Source: Acidilobaceae archaeon
GTDB lineage: Archaea; Thermoproteota; Thermoprotei_A; Sulfolobales; Acidilobaceae
Assembly: GCA_038897215.1 (NCBI GenBank)
Contig: JAWAWX010000001.1
Coordinates: forward strand, 224,001-288,000
DNA: 64,000 nucleotides
Direction: 5' to 3'
A program made the translations under genes and the position numbers. Below, piece after piece: positions 19,685 to 29,642 of the stretch; position 1 is the stretch's first letter, and every line of letters begins with the position of its first letter. The notes beneath the pieces were generated by a model that saw only the letters and a list, made by a program, of their open reading frames with translations, had not been told where the DNA came from and made no database searches.

Positions 19685-20353
19685 TTGAGCGAGAGCGCCA
19701 GCGGGGCTCTCGAGAAGCGGGGCGGCGGGAGGCCTGGCTGGAGGCGGAGAGCGGGGAGAGTAGTCTACCTGGGGAGGCACTTGATGCTAAAGGGGGTCTT
19801 CGCAGACCTGCTCCTAGAAGGCAGGAAGAAGACCACGATCAGGCTGGGCAGAGTGGTCCCGAAGTACAGAGAGGTGATAGTGCACGGGCACGGGAGGCCT
19901 CTCGCTAAAGCCGAGATCGCGAGCGTCAAGTACAAGAGAGTAGGGGAGCTCACCGAGGAGGATGCTTTGAGAGATGGCTTCAGCTCTCTCGGAGCTCTTC
20001 TCAGAGCTCTCAGAGAAGCCTATCCATCGGAGAGAGTAAGCGATGACGACATAGTGACCATAATAGAGTTGAGGGTAATCCAGAAGCTGAGCGAGCTCGA
20101 CTACAAGCACCCATACTACGGCCTAAACCCTGTAGATGTAGCTAGGATAGCCTTAAGGTATCTCAGAGAAGAGCTAAGCGAAGAAGACCTGAGAGTGCTC
20201 GAGGTAATAGCTCAAGAAGGGAGCTTGAGGAGAGCAGCGATGAGACTACACGGGAGCATCGAGGCTAGAAGAGCCATAAGGCCTCTCCTAAGGAGGCTAG
20301 CGAAGCTCCTAGAGAGCAGGGGGGTCATCGGGGAGAGAGCGGCGGAGAGCTGA
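19685..20353 (+). CDS. ASCH-domain protein with C-terminal HTH
   Basis: GRKKTTIR and EDALRDGF ASCH motifs; EGSLRRAAMRL HTH-like segment. Confidence 0.8.
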   Translation: MSESASGALEKRGGGRPGWRRRAGRVVYLGRHLMLKGVFADLLLEGRKKTTIRLGRVVPKYREVIVHGHGRPLAKAEIASVKYKRVGELTEEDALRDGFSSLGALLRALREAYPSERVSDDDIVTIIELRVIQKLSELDYKHPYYGLNPVDVARIALRYLREELSEEDLRVLEVIAQEGSLRRAAMRLHGSIEARRAIRPLLRRLAKLLESRGVIGERAAES

Positions 20354-20402
20354 GCTATCCCCCCTTTAAGAGCGAGAGATAGGAGGAAGGGAGGGCGTAG
20401 CT

Positions 20403-20702
20403 TTGAGTACATTGCGCCACGAGGTGAGAGAGTACGGGCTCTGCCCAAACTGCTCGACGCCAGCCGAGTACAGGTACGCGCTGAGCGGCCCCGAGGGGGG
20501 AGGCGTCAGAGTCCAGTACTCGGTCTCCTGCGAGATCTGCGGTTTCAGCGAGCAGAAAGTCATGGTCTTCCCCCTAGACGCTCTCTACTCTATCAGGATG
20601 CTACTAGAGCCCTCTACGAGAGTCTTCGTGGAGAAGGTCAAGATAGCGAGCGAGATTAAGGCTAGAGTCCGCTCAGCTGGAGCACAGGGCTCTGAGTCTT
20701 GA
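20403..20702 (+). CDS. Small Zn-finger protein
   Basis: CPNC...CEIC. Confidence 0.65.
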   Translation: MSTLRHEVREYGLCPNCSTPAEYRYALSGPEGGGVRVQYSVSCEICGFSEQKVMVFPLDALYSIRMLLEPSTRVFVEKVKIASEIKARVRSAGAQGSES

Positions 20703-20848
20703 CGGGCTGGAGGCTCAAGTGTACTGTCTGCTCAAGAGAGTGGACTCTAGAGGTGAGCTACGACCTCTCAGACTTCAAGAAGATATACCTCTACTGTAGC
20801 GAGTGCAAGAAGAACACGATGCACGAAGTCCTAGGCAGAGAGAGCTAG
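20699..20848 (+). CDS. 49-aa Zn-ribbon protein (missed by ORF track)
   Basis: TTG start overlaps the upstream TGA; MTGWRLKCTVCSREWTLEVSYDLSDFKKIYLYCSECKKNTMHEVLGRES has two CxxC pairs. Confidence 0.75.
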   Translation: MTGWRLKCTVCSREWTLEVSYDLSDFKKIYLYCSECKKNTMHEVLGRES

Positions 20849-20946
20849 AGAAGCCCTCCGGGGAGCCGACGAGCAGTTCCGGAGAGCTCCCCCCTAGCTT
20901 CTATTAAGGCTTCTCTGAGAGTAGTGTGATAAGGGGGGAGTAGAGC

Positions 20947-21906
20947 GTGGGAGAGTCTAGGAGAGTGGTGAGAGACCTCACAGACCTCCCTGGAGTAGGC
21001 CCGGCTACAGCTCAGAAGCTGATCGAGGCGGGCTACGCTACGATCGAGGCTATCGCTGTAGCTACCCCCCACGAGATCTCGCTAGCCGCGAACATCCCTC
21101 TAGCCACGGCTCAGAAGATAGTAGAGGAGGCTAGGAAGGCTCTAGATATAACGGTGAAGACGGCTCTAGACCTTAAGAGGGAGAGAATGGGGGCTAAGAA
21201 GATAACGACGGGGAGCAGGAATCTCGATGAGCTCTTGGGAGGAGGCGTTGAGACGAGGACTATAACCGAGTTCTACGGAGAGTACGGCTCCGGGAAGACT
21301 CAGATATGCCACCAGCTCGCGGTCAACGTGCAGCTACCCGAGGACAGAGGAGGGCTCTCCGCTAGAGCCATCTACATAGACACGGAGGGGACGTTCAGAT
21401 GGGAGAGGATAGAGCAGATGGCTAGAGCGGTAGGCCTAGACCCTGATAGAGCGATGGAGAACATCCTGTGGATAAGAGCGATCAACAGCCACCACCAGAT
21501 GGCGGTAGTCGAGAAGCTATACGAGATAATCCCCAAGAACGGAGTCAGGCTAGTAGTCTTAGACTCTCTAACGGGCCACTTCAGAGCAGAGTACCCAGGC
21601 CGAGAGAACCTAGCTCTAAGACAGCAGCTACTAAACAAGCACCTACACCAGCTCATGAGGCTAGCTGAGGTCTTCGATGTAGCAGTCGTTGTAACCAATC
21701 AGGTGATGGCGAGACCAGACATATTCTTCGGAGACCCCACAGCAGCCGTGGGAGGCCACGTGGTCGCTCACGCTCCAGGGATCAGAGTCTACTTGAAGAA
21801 GAGTAAGGGCAACAGGAGGATCGCTCGAGTAGTCGATGCTCCACACCTGCCGGAAGCGGAGACCACGTTCGCTATAACAGAGTACGGGATAAGAGACGCC
21901 GACTAG
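20947..21906 (+). CDS. radA: DNA repair and recombination protein RadA
   Basis: N-terminal Hh[18 protein letters not shown] and VTNQV motifs; no intein. Confidence 0.97.
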   Translation: MGESRRVVRDLTDLPGVGPATAQKLIEAGYATIEAIAVATPHEISLAANIPLATAQKIVEEARKALDITVKTALDLKRERMGAKKITTGSRNLDELLGGGVETRTITEFYGEYGSGKTQICHQLAVNVQLPEDRGGLSARAIYIDTEGTFRWERIEQMARAVGLDPDRAMENILWIRAINSHHQMAVVEKLYEIIPKNGVRLVVLDSLTGHFRAEYPGRENLALRQQLLNKHLHQLMRLAEVFDVAVVVTNQVMARPDIFFGDPTAAVGGHVVAHAPGIRVYLKKSKGNRRIARVVDAPHLPEAETTFAITEYGIRDAD

Positions 21907-21988
21907 ACAGGCTTCAGGGAGCTCTCCAAGCTGGTCTCGAGCCCCGAAACGTAGATAGCCTCTCTTAGCCTAGACTGATTCCTCTACG

Positions 21989-23470
21989 GTGTTCGCTATT
22001 GTTCTGGTAGTAAGCGAGGGAGAGTACAGAGTACTAAAGCTGATGGCTGAGAGAGGGTTCAGCGAGGGGAGTCTGGAGGAGGCCTCGAGAATCCTAGGTC
22101 TCGACGTCTCGAGCTTAGCGAGCTACGTTATGCTACTGAGAGAGAGGGGATTGCTTGAGGTCTACGATGTCGAGAGAGAGGTCTACGAAGTAACGGAGAG
22201 AGGAGAGGAGGCTCTTAGAGAAGGGCTCCCCGAGAGGAGGCTCGTCGAGCTCCTTGCTTTCTCGAGCGGAGTAGCGGACATGAGTAGAGTAGCGGCAACT
22301 CTAGGCAGGCTAGCTGGGGTAGCAGTGGGCAAGGCTAGAGAGAAGGGCTTAGTCATAGTAGACCGCAACGTAGTCAAGCTAGCGGTCAGCCCGGAGGAGG
22401 CTGTGGAGTCAGTAGAGGCTCTAGAGAGAGCTCTCGCAGAAGTGGCTAGAGGGCGGTATAGCGAGGTTAGAGGAGAGCTCCTCGAAGAGCTATCTAGGAG
22501 AGGCTTGGTTAAGAAGAGTGTGGAGACTAGGCGGTACATTAGGCTGAAGAGAGACCCCAGGCTGGTCCTCGAAGAGGCTAGAGTAGAGGTAGCTAAGCTA
22601 ACGCACGACTTGGTAAAGACGGGAGCGTGGAGAAGCTGTGCTCTCAAGAGCTACGATGTGAGAGCAGAGCCTTACTCAGTGCTCCCCGCTAGGCCACACT
22701 TCCTCCAGGAGTTCATAGAGATGCTTAGAGACGTCATGGTAGAGCTAGGCTTTAGAGAAGTGAGGGGGCCTCTCGTCGAGGTAGAGCTATTCAACTTCGA
22801 CCTCCTATTCCAGGCTCAAGACCATCCAGCTAGAGAGATCCACGACTCTCTCTGGCTCGACGCGGAGCCTCTGGACGTCGAGGAGGCCTACGGGAGAGAG
22901 CTAGTGTCGAGAGTAGCAAGAGTCCACGAGGAGGGCTGGGGCTACAGGTGGAGTAAGAGCATAGCCTCGAGGGTCATGCTGAGAAGCCAGACCACATCGG
23001 TATCCGTTAGAGTCCTAGCGCTCCTCAAGCCGAAGCCCCCCATCAGGTTCTTCACGCTAGGCAGAGTCTTCAGGCACGACGCGGTAGACGCTACGCACCT
23101 ACCGGAGTTCCACCAGCTAGATGGGATCGAGGGGTGGCATGGCTACACGTTCAGAGACCTGCTATTGACGCTCAAGGAGGTGTTCGAGAGACTAGGGCTC
23201 GAGGTCAAGTTCAAGCCTGCGTACTTCCCCTTCACGGAGCCAAGCGTGGAGGGCTACGTGAAGCTACCGAGCGGCAGGTGGCTAGAGCTATTCGGAGCCG
23301 GCCTCTTCAGACCCGAGGTTCTAGAGATGGCTGGAGTCGACTACCCGGTTGGAGCCTGGGGCTTCGGCATAGAGCGCTTGGCAGCAGCCTTCTACGGGCT
23401 CTCCGACATAAGGATGCTCTACACTAGCGACACCGGCTTCGTGAAGAGCTTCCCGGCTAGGTGGCGGTAG
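21989..23470 (+). CDS. pheS: Phenylalanine--tRNA ligase alpha subunit
   Basis: QDHPARE, FHQLDG, YFPFTEPS and WGFGIERL motifs. Confidence 0.96.
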   Translation: MFAIVLVVSEGEYRVLKLMAERGFSEGSLEEASRILGLDVSSLASYVMLLRERGLLEVYDVEREVYEVTERGEEALREGLPERRLVELLAFSSGVADMSRVAATLGRLAGVAVGKAREKGLVIVDRNVVKLAVSPEEAVESVEALERALAEVARGRYSEVRGELLEELSRRGLVKKSVETRRYIRLKRDPRLVLEEARVEVAKLTHDLVKTGAWRSCALKSYDVRAEPYSVLPARPHFLQEFIEMLRDVMVELGFREVRGPLVEVELFNFDLLFQAQDHPAREIHDSLWLDAEPLDVEEAYGRELVSRVARVHEEGWGYRWSKSIASRVMLRSQTTSVSVRVLALLKPKPPIRFFTLGRVFRHDAVDATHLPEFHQLDGIEGWHGYTFRDLLLTLKEVFERLGLEVKFKPAYFPFTEPSVEGYVKLPSGRWLELFGAGLFRPEVLEMAGVDYPVGAWGFGIERLAAAFYGLSDIRMLYTSDTGFVKSFPARWR

Positions 23471-25129
23471 ATGCCGGTAGTCAGAGTCAAGAGGTGGAGG
23501 CTTGAGGAGCTCACTGGCTTCGCTCCCAGAGAGCTCGAGGAGCTACTATTCAGGCTGAAGTGCGAGCTGGAGGTTAGAGAAGACTACGCCTACATCGAGG
23601 TAAACAGCGATAGACCCGACATGCTGATAGGAGAAGGCATAGCTAGAGCAGTGAAGGGGCTCTTGGGAGAGAGGAGAGGCTGGAGGCTGCCGGAGACAGC
23701 TCGCTCGAGAGTCTCTCTCAGAGCGAGCAGCGTCCCCTCCAGGCCCTACGTTGCCTGCGCTGTGATCAAGAACGTCGACATCGACTCAGAGGACTTCCTC
23801 GAGGAGCTCATACAGTTCCAGGAGAAGCTCCACGACGGGCTCGGCAGGAGGAGGAGGAAGGCGGCCATAGGGCTTCACGACTTGAGCAAGCTACCCTCGG
23901 AGAGCGTAGAGTACACTCTAGTAAGCCTCGGCAGCAGATTCAAGCCCCTCGGGGGTAGCGGGGAGCTCACCGTAGAAGAGGTCTTGGAGAGCACGGAGAA
24001 GGGTAGAGCGTACGGGGGCATAGCTCTCTACGGCGGAGCACACCCGGCTCTCGTATCCGGAGGGGAGATCATAGCGATACCCCCGGTGCTCAACTCAGAG
24101 GTCACTAGAGTAGAGGTTGGGACTAGGCACCTCTTCGTGGACGTGACGGGCACAGACGAGAGGCTAGTCGAGACCATACTAGACATCATAGCATCCACGC
24201 TCTCGGAGAGACGGGGAGCAGTAGTGGAGCTAGTTGAGGTCAAGAGGGGAGAGTCGAGTAGAGTCTACCCCGTCTTCCGCTCCAAGAGGCTGACTGTTGC
24301 CTCGAGCTTCTTCACTCAAACGCTAGGAGTAGAGCTCAGCCCCGGGGAGGTGGTGGACGGCTTGGAGAGAATGCTCCACAATGCTAGCGCCAGCGGGGAG
24401 GAGGTCGTAGTAGACGTGGCTCCATTCAGAGTAGACGTGCTAAAGCCCGTGGACCTCGCTGAAGACCTGGCTATATCTCTGGGCTACGATAGGATCGCTG
24501 AGGGCTCGAGAAGCCATAGAGTCTACACGGTGGGCTCTCTCCTCGAGGAGACGAGGCTAGCTAGGAGGGTCAGAGAGCTCATGGTCGGCTACGGCTTCGT
24601 AGAAGTCTCTAGGCTGATGCTGACAAGCCCTCGGCTTCTCGAAGCCCTGAAGGTAGCTGAGGTAGCTCTCAGAGTAAGCAACCCCGTCCAGCTAGAGTAC
24701 AGCGTCCTGAGGCCAACGCTGGCAGCGAGCTTGCTCGACGTCTTGAGAGAAGAGCAGCATAAAGAGAAGCCGCTGAAGCTCTTCGAGCTAGGCCCCGTAG
24801 CCTCGAGGCTGAAGCGCCCCGCTGAGGAAGACATCAGGCTAGGAGCAGCTATACTCGACTACTCCGTAGGCTACGAGGACATCCAGGCAGTAGTCTACTC
24901 TCTCCTAAGACTCCTAGGCGTGAGCTTCACAACAGAGCCCTCCAGGATACCATTCCTGATAGAGGGGAGGCAAGCGCTCCTCCGAGCAGGAGGCACAGCA
25001 ATAGGGTGGCTGGGCGAAGTGCGCCCAGACATCCTAGAAGCGACGGGAATAGAGTACCCCACAGCTATAGCGGAGATATCGCTAGACGCTCTACTCGAGA
25101 CTCTGAGGAGAGCACTCAGCACTCCATAG
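23471..25129 (+). CDS. pheT: Phenylalanine--tRNA ligase beta subunit
   Basis: DRPDML, QEKLH, AIGLHD, DLAED and GEVRP motifs; follows pheS directly. Confidence 0.95.
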   Translation: MPVVRVKRWRLEELTGFAPRELEELLFRLKCELEVREDYAYIEVNSDRPDMLIGEGIARAVKGLLGERRGWRLPETARSRVSLRASSVPSRPYVACAVIKNVDIDSEDFLEELIQFQEKLHDGLGRRRRKAAIGLHDLSKLPSESVEYTLVSLGSRFKPLGGSGELTVEEVLESTEKGRAYGGIALYGGAHPALVSGGEIIAIPPVLNSEVTRVEVGTRHLFVDVTGTDERLVETILDIIASTLSERRGAVVELVEVKRGESSRVYPVFRSKRLTVASSFFTQTLGVELSPGEVVDGLERMLHNASASGEEVVVDVAPFRVDVLKPVDLAEDLAISLGYDRIAEGSRSHRVYTVGSLLEETRLARRVRELMVGYGFVEVSRLMLTSPRLLEALKVAEVALRVSNPVQLEYSVLRPTLAASLLDVLREEQHKEKPLKLFELGPVASRLKRPAEEDIRLGAAILDYSVGYEDIQAVVYSLLRLLGVSFTTEPSRIPFLIEGRQALLRAGGTAIGWLGEVRPDILEATGIEYPTAIAEISLDALLETLRRALSTP

Positions 25130-25246
25130 CTCCTCAGCGCTCCTAGAGCCGGCCTCGAGACCAGGGCCTTCTCGCATTGCTCTGGAGAGCTTAGCGTTTA
25201 TAGCCCTAGCTCGGCTTCGCTGTGACTTGGAGGACTAGGGTAGCGT

Positions 25247-25987
25247 ATGGCTAAGGAGTCTGGCGACGAGTCTAGGCATAGCGAGGCTAGGAGGGAGGCT
25301 GTGAGGGTCCTCCAGATCCTCTCGAGGTTCTACAGCTATAGGGTTCTTGAGCGCATATACGGGATCCACTTCCAGAACCTCTGGAGGTACGCGAGCCTCC
25401 TCAGCGTCCCCGAGAGGGAGACTGCTGAGAGGATACTCGAGAAGACGAGAGAGCTGGGGCTACTGGAGAGAGCTCTCAGAGAGAGAGCAGCAGGGTCTCT
25501 GGCCAACGGGGGGCTTCACGTGCTCGCTAGAGACACGGGCTTCCTCCAGCTAGCCTCGTATCTCGTGTCTAGGAGGCTGAGAGAAGAGAGGGAGGAGCGC
25601 GTAGACTCAGTGATAGCTGTGTCGCACGAGGCTCTCACTCTAGCGACAGCACTGGCTCTCGAGCTAGAAGCGGAGGTCTGCGTAGCGTCTGAGAGAGCTA
25701 GAGCAGAGCCTAGGGGCGTTCTGCTAGCTCACTTCAGGTCCAGGTTTAGCGGTGAGGTCTTCTCCCTAATGGTCCCCAAGCAGTGTCTCGATAGCGGAGA
25801 CTCGGTGGTGCTCGTTGACGTGGAGCTGAGAGAGGCTGATAGAGTGTCGGCGCTCGCTTCTCTAGCGAGGAAAGCGGGAGCTAGAGTAGAGGCTATCGTA
25901 GTCCTTAGAGCGAGCAGAGAAGCGCTAGCCGAGGTGGAGAGAGATCTCGAGAAATCCAGAGTGATAGAGGTCCTCCCCGAATTATAG
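25247..25987 (+). CDS. PurR-like HTH plus degenerate phosphoribosyltransferase-fold regulator
   Basis: N-terminal HTH (YSYRVL...LWRY..P); PRT fold with degenerate PRPP loop VVLVDVELREADRV. Confidence 0.65.
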   Translation: MAKESGDESRHSEARREAVRVLQILSRFYSYRVLERIYGIHFQNLWRYASLLSVPERETAERILEKTRELGLLERALRERAAGSLANGGLHVLARDTGFLQLASYLVSRRLREEREERVDSVIAVSHEALTLATALALELEAEVCVASERARAEPRGVLLAHFRSRFSGEVFSLMVPKQCLDSGDSVVLVDVELREADRVSALASLARKAGARVEAIVVLRASREALAEVERDLEKSRVIEVLPEL

Positions 25988-26050
25988 CCGAGAGCAGTCA
26001 GGCAATACCTATTAGCTTCAACCTCCAAGACGAGCTAGGGGCTAGAAGGC

Positions 26051-27277
26051 TTGCCTAGCTACACGGTAAGGCTTCTCCACGTCTCGGACACTCATCTAGG
26101 CATCAAGCCCTACGGGTTGCTGGATAGGGAGAAGGATGTCTACGATGCGTTCATGGAGGTAGTCGAGATCGCTAAGAGCGAGAGAGTAGACGCTGTTCTA
26201 CACGCTGGAGACATGTTCGATAAGAGCACTCCCCGACCGGCTACGCTCATGGTGGCAGTCAAGGGGCTCCGAGAGCTCGCAGAGAGAGAAGTCAAGGTCT
26301 ACGTGTCTCCAGGCAATCACGAGCACCCCAGAGCTGTGGACGAGGGCTCTCCCGTGAGGCTCCTAGAGCTCGTAGGCTTACTCAAAGGCCCCGACCCCAG
26401 GGTTCAGAGCGCTCCCACAGTCTACAGGCTGGGGTCTGAGGGAAGAGTGATTCTAGCGGTATTCCCGCCAACGGCTACTCACGCTCTCAGAGGCTTCAGC
26501 ATGGAGAAAAAGCGGGGAGAATTCCTGATAGCCTTGGCTCACGTTAGGCTCTGCGATGCTCTCAGAGACGCTGAGGGAGTCCCCCTAGAGAAGTGTAGCT
26601 CCACAACGCCCATCTTCTCTTCAGACATAGCGGGCAACGTGGACTACGCTGCTCTAGGAGACCTCCACGAGACCTGGGAGGGCAGGCTACCCGGGGGCGG
26701 GAAAGCAGTGTACCCTGGAGCCACCGAGCACTTCGCTGTAGACGAGTACGAGAGGAGCCAGGGGAGGAGGCTCGTCTACCTGCTGAGAGTAGAAGACGGG
26801 GTCTTAGCTGAGCTGAAGAGAGTAGAGTTGAAGAGCGTGAGGCCTTGGGTTGTTCTGCGTGCTCCCTACTCTGAGGTGGTTAGAGCTCTAGACGGCTTCA
26901 GGAGGAGCGGGGGCAAGCCCCCCTTGCTCTACGTCGAGATATCCGACCCAGTGGATAGAGCTAAGAGAGAGAGGCTAGTTCAGAGGCTGAAGGCTCTAGC
27001 GATGAGCGGAGAGATACTAGACTACGTGCTCCACGCTAGGCAGCACTCTCCAGAGGAGGTTGAAGCCTTCCGGAGAAGCGGAGAGCAACGCGTAGACGTG
27101 TCGCAACTCATAGCAGAGGCTCTCAGAACACTGGCTAGAAGGCACTCTATCAGAGAGGAGTGCGTTAACGCAGTGGGGCTAGCTGAGAAGCTGAGAGACT
27201 TCGTGCTCTCTCCCTCGGATGAGAAGGCTAGGCAGCTCGTGAGAGACCTTGAGAACGCTGTGTCTCAGTGTGGGTGA
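26051..27277 (+). CDS. mre11: Mre11/SbcD nuclease
   Basis: SDTHLG, GDMFD, GNHE, LGDLH and YPG motifs; directly upstream of rad50. Confidence 0.85.
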   Translation: MPSYTVRLLHVSDTHLGIKPYGLLDREKDVYDAFMEVVEIAKSERVDAVLHAGDMFDKSTPRPATLMVAVKGLRELAEREVKVYVSPGNHEHPRAVDEGSPVRLLELVGLLKGPDPRVQSAPTVYRLGSEGRVILAVFPPTATHALRGFSMEKKRGEFLIALAHVRLCDALRDAEGVPLEKCSSTTPIFSSDIAGNVDYAALGDLHETWEGRLPGGGKAVYPGATEHFAVDEYERSQGRRLVYLLRVEDGVLAELKRVELKSVRPWVVLRAPYSEVVRALDGFRRSGGKPPLLYVEISDPVDRAKRERLVQRLKALAMSGEILDYVLHARQHSPEEVEAFRRSGEQRVDVSQLIAEALRTLARRHSIREECVNAVGLAEKLRDFVLSPSDEKARQLVRDLENAVSQCG

Positions 27278-27286
27278 GCCTCCTCC

Positions 27287-29563
27287 TTGATGATCAAGAG
27301 GGTAGAGCTAGACAAGGTGATGTCTCACGAGCACACTGTAGTAGAGTTCGGTAGAGGAGTGAACGCCATAGTGGGCCCCAACGGGAGCGGCAAGAGCGCG
27401 ATCATAGACTCCATAGTCTTCGCTCTGATAGGTGGATGCGTTAGAGGAGAGGAGGCTGTTAGAGCAGAGCTCTCGAACATGGTGAGAGTAGGCTCGAGAA
27501 GAGCATCGATAACAGTAGAGTTCGAGATAGGCGGCAAATGCTACAGAGCCGAGAGAGTCATAGCTCTAGGGGGCGACGCTCAGAGCCAGGTCTCTCTCAG
27601 AGAGTGCTCTGGAGCCCTGGTAGCCCATGGGAGAGAGAGCTTCTGCAACAAGATGCGAGAGCTGCTGGGGCTAGACAACCTCAAAGCGCTCACCTACACT
27701 CTAGTAGCCAGACAGGGGCACCTCTCAGACTTCATCGATAGCGAGCCATCGAAGAGAGCAGAGATGACTCTAGAACTCCTAGGCCTAGCCTGGCTCGATA
27801 AGGCTAAGGAGGCTCTGGGGAGAGCTCTGAAGAGTCTCGACGTCGAGGTCGCTGTTCTATCCAGAGAAGAGGAGAGAGCGAGAGCTCTCGAGACTGAGTG
27901 CTCTAGCTTGAGGAAGAGGCTGGAGAAGCTCTCGGAACTCGAGAAGAAGCTCTCCGAGGAAGTCGGGGAGCTCGAGGCTAGAGTAGAGGCCGCCAGGAGG
28001 GAGGTAGAAGAGCTGGGGAGCGTCCTGCCATCTCTAGAGAAGCTGAGAGCCTACGAGCGGTACAAGAGAGAGGCTGAGGCTCTAGAGAGGGAGGTGGGGG
28101 AGCTCAGGGAGAGAGCGGAGAAGCTATCCCCATACAGGGAGGCAGCCAGTCTAGCTCGCGAAGAGCTCGCCTACTACACTGCTCTAGAGAACAAGGCTAG
28201 AAGGCTGGAGAGAGAGCTAGCAGAGCTGGAGAAGCGCCTGGAGAGACTTCTGGGAGGCTCTACGCTAGAAGAGCTGGAGGCGAGGCTCGAAGAGCAGAAG
28301 AGAGTAGAAGAGGAGCTTCTACGCAGATACAAGGAGCTAGAGGCAGAGGAGAAGATAGTCTCGGCTGTTCTGCAAGCAGGGCTCTCGAGCGATAAGTGCC
28401 CTCTCTGCGGTAGCCCTCTGGATGAGAGCCGCAGAAGGCACATAGAGGAGTCTCACGGAGCTAGGCTCGAGGAGCTCAAGAGAGAAGTCCCTAGGCTCAA
28501 GCGGTTGCTAGACGAGGCCACGGCTAGGAGGAGAGAGCTAGAGGACTCGATCAAGAAGGCTAGAGAAGTAGTCGCTGAGCTAGAGAGAGCGAGGAGAGAG
28601 CTAGAGGAGTCTCGCGCGGAGCTAGAGTCTCTCCTCGAGAAGTACAATAGGCTAGCGGAGAGGCTGGGCTTGCCTAGAGCTGAGAGCTTCGAGGAGTGCA
28701 AGCTGAGACTCAGAGACGTAGAGAGCAGTCTAGCAGAGCTAGAGAAAGTCGAGAAGACGCTGGAGAGAAAGCTGGGCTCTCTCAGCGCCATCAAGTCGGC
28801 TCTAGCTCAGTTCGACGAGACCGAGATCGAGAGAGCTCGCGCTGTAGCGAGAGCTCTAGGAGCCCCCATCGAGGAAGCTGAGAGAGTGTATAGAGAGCGC
28901 TCCGCTAAGCTCGAGGAGCTCCGCTCAAGCCTCGAGAAGACTAGAGGGAGGCTGGCTGAAGTCAGGGGGGAGATGAGCGCTCTAGAGTCGCAGCTAGCCT
29001 CCAGAGAGGCGGAGCTAGCTAAGCTGAGAGAGTCTCTCAAGAGCCTAGCGGCTAAGAAGAAGGCTCTAGCGGTAGCGGAGAAGCTCTACGGAGAGTATCT
29101 AGGCAAGAGCGGCTATATCAGCGTGAAGGCTCTAGAGAGCTTCAGGAAGAGCTTCTCCATAGTGGTCAACGACGTCCTAGCGAGACTAGGGAGAGACTTC
29201 GCTATAGAGCTCACAGACAACCTCGACGTCAGGGTTAGGAGAGAGGGTCAGGAGCTTTCAGTGAACTCTCTTAGCGGAGGGGAGAAGACCATGCTCTCGA
29301 TAGTCTCTAGGATAGCGCTAGCATCCATGGTCTCGAATAAGAGAGTGTCAGTCCTCATCCTAGACGAGCCTACAGAGTATCTTGATGCCGAGGCTAGGAA
29401 GACAGTCTTCGAGACCATAAGAGAGGTAGCGGGCTACATAGACCAGATAATAGTGGTGACGCACGACCCCGAGGTCGAGGACATAGCGGACACTCTGGTC
29501 CACGTGGAGAAGAGAGGAGGCTCTAGCAGAGTAGTCGTTGAGAAGGTGGCGGGCTCCAGCTAG
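27287..29563 (+). CDS. rad50: Rad50/SbcC ATPase
   Basis: GPNGSGKS, coiled coil with CPLCG zinc hook, LSGGE, LDEPT and VTHD motifs. Confidence 0.9.
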   Translation: MMIKRVELDKVMSHEHTVVEFGRGVNAIVGPNGSGKSAIIDSIVFALIGGCVRGEEAVRAELSNMVRVGSRRASITVEFEIGGKCYRAERVIALGGDAQSQVSLRECSGALVAHGRESFCNKMRELLGLDNLKALTYTLVARQGHLSDFIDSEPSKRAEMTLELLGLAWLDKAKEALGRALKSLDVEVAVLSREEERARALETECSSLRKRLEKLSELEKKLSEEVGELEARVEAARREVEELGSVLPSLEKLRAYERYKREAEALEREVGELRERAEKLSPYREAASLAREELAYYTALENKARRLERELAELEKRLERLLGGSTLEELEARLEEQKRVEEELLRRYKELEAEEKIVSAVLQAGLSSDKCPLCGSPLDESRRRHIEESHGARLEELKREVPRLKRLLDEATARRRELEDSIKKAREVVAELERARRELEESRAELESLLEKYNRLAERLGLPRAESFEECKLRLRDVESSLAELEKVEKTLERKLGSLSAIKSALAQFDETEIERARAVARALGAPIEEAERVYRERSAKLEELRSSLEKTRGRLAEVRGEMSALESQLASREAELAKLRESLKSLAAKKKALAVAEKLYGEYLGKSGYISVKALESFRKSFSIVVNDVLARLGRDFAIELTDNLDVRVRREGQELSVNSLSGGEKTMLSIVSRIALASMVSNKRVSVLILDEPTEYLDAEARKTVFETIREVAGYIDQIIVVTHDPEVEDIADTLVHVEKRGGSSRVVVEKVAGSS

Positions 29564-29642
29564 CCAGGTATGACTCTAGACTCTAGAGCGAGCACGCTCT
29601 AGCCTCTTGAGTCCAGCGTAACGCTTATTAGCTCAGGCTGCT

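Noticed and set aside
27800-29100. Repetitive GAG/AGA/CTA-rich DNA in rad50
   Set aside because: Explained by Glu/Arg/Leu-rich coiled coil and codon bias; not a true tandem repeat.
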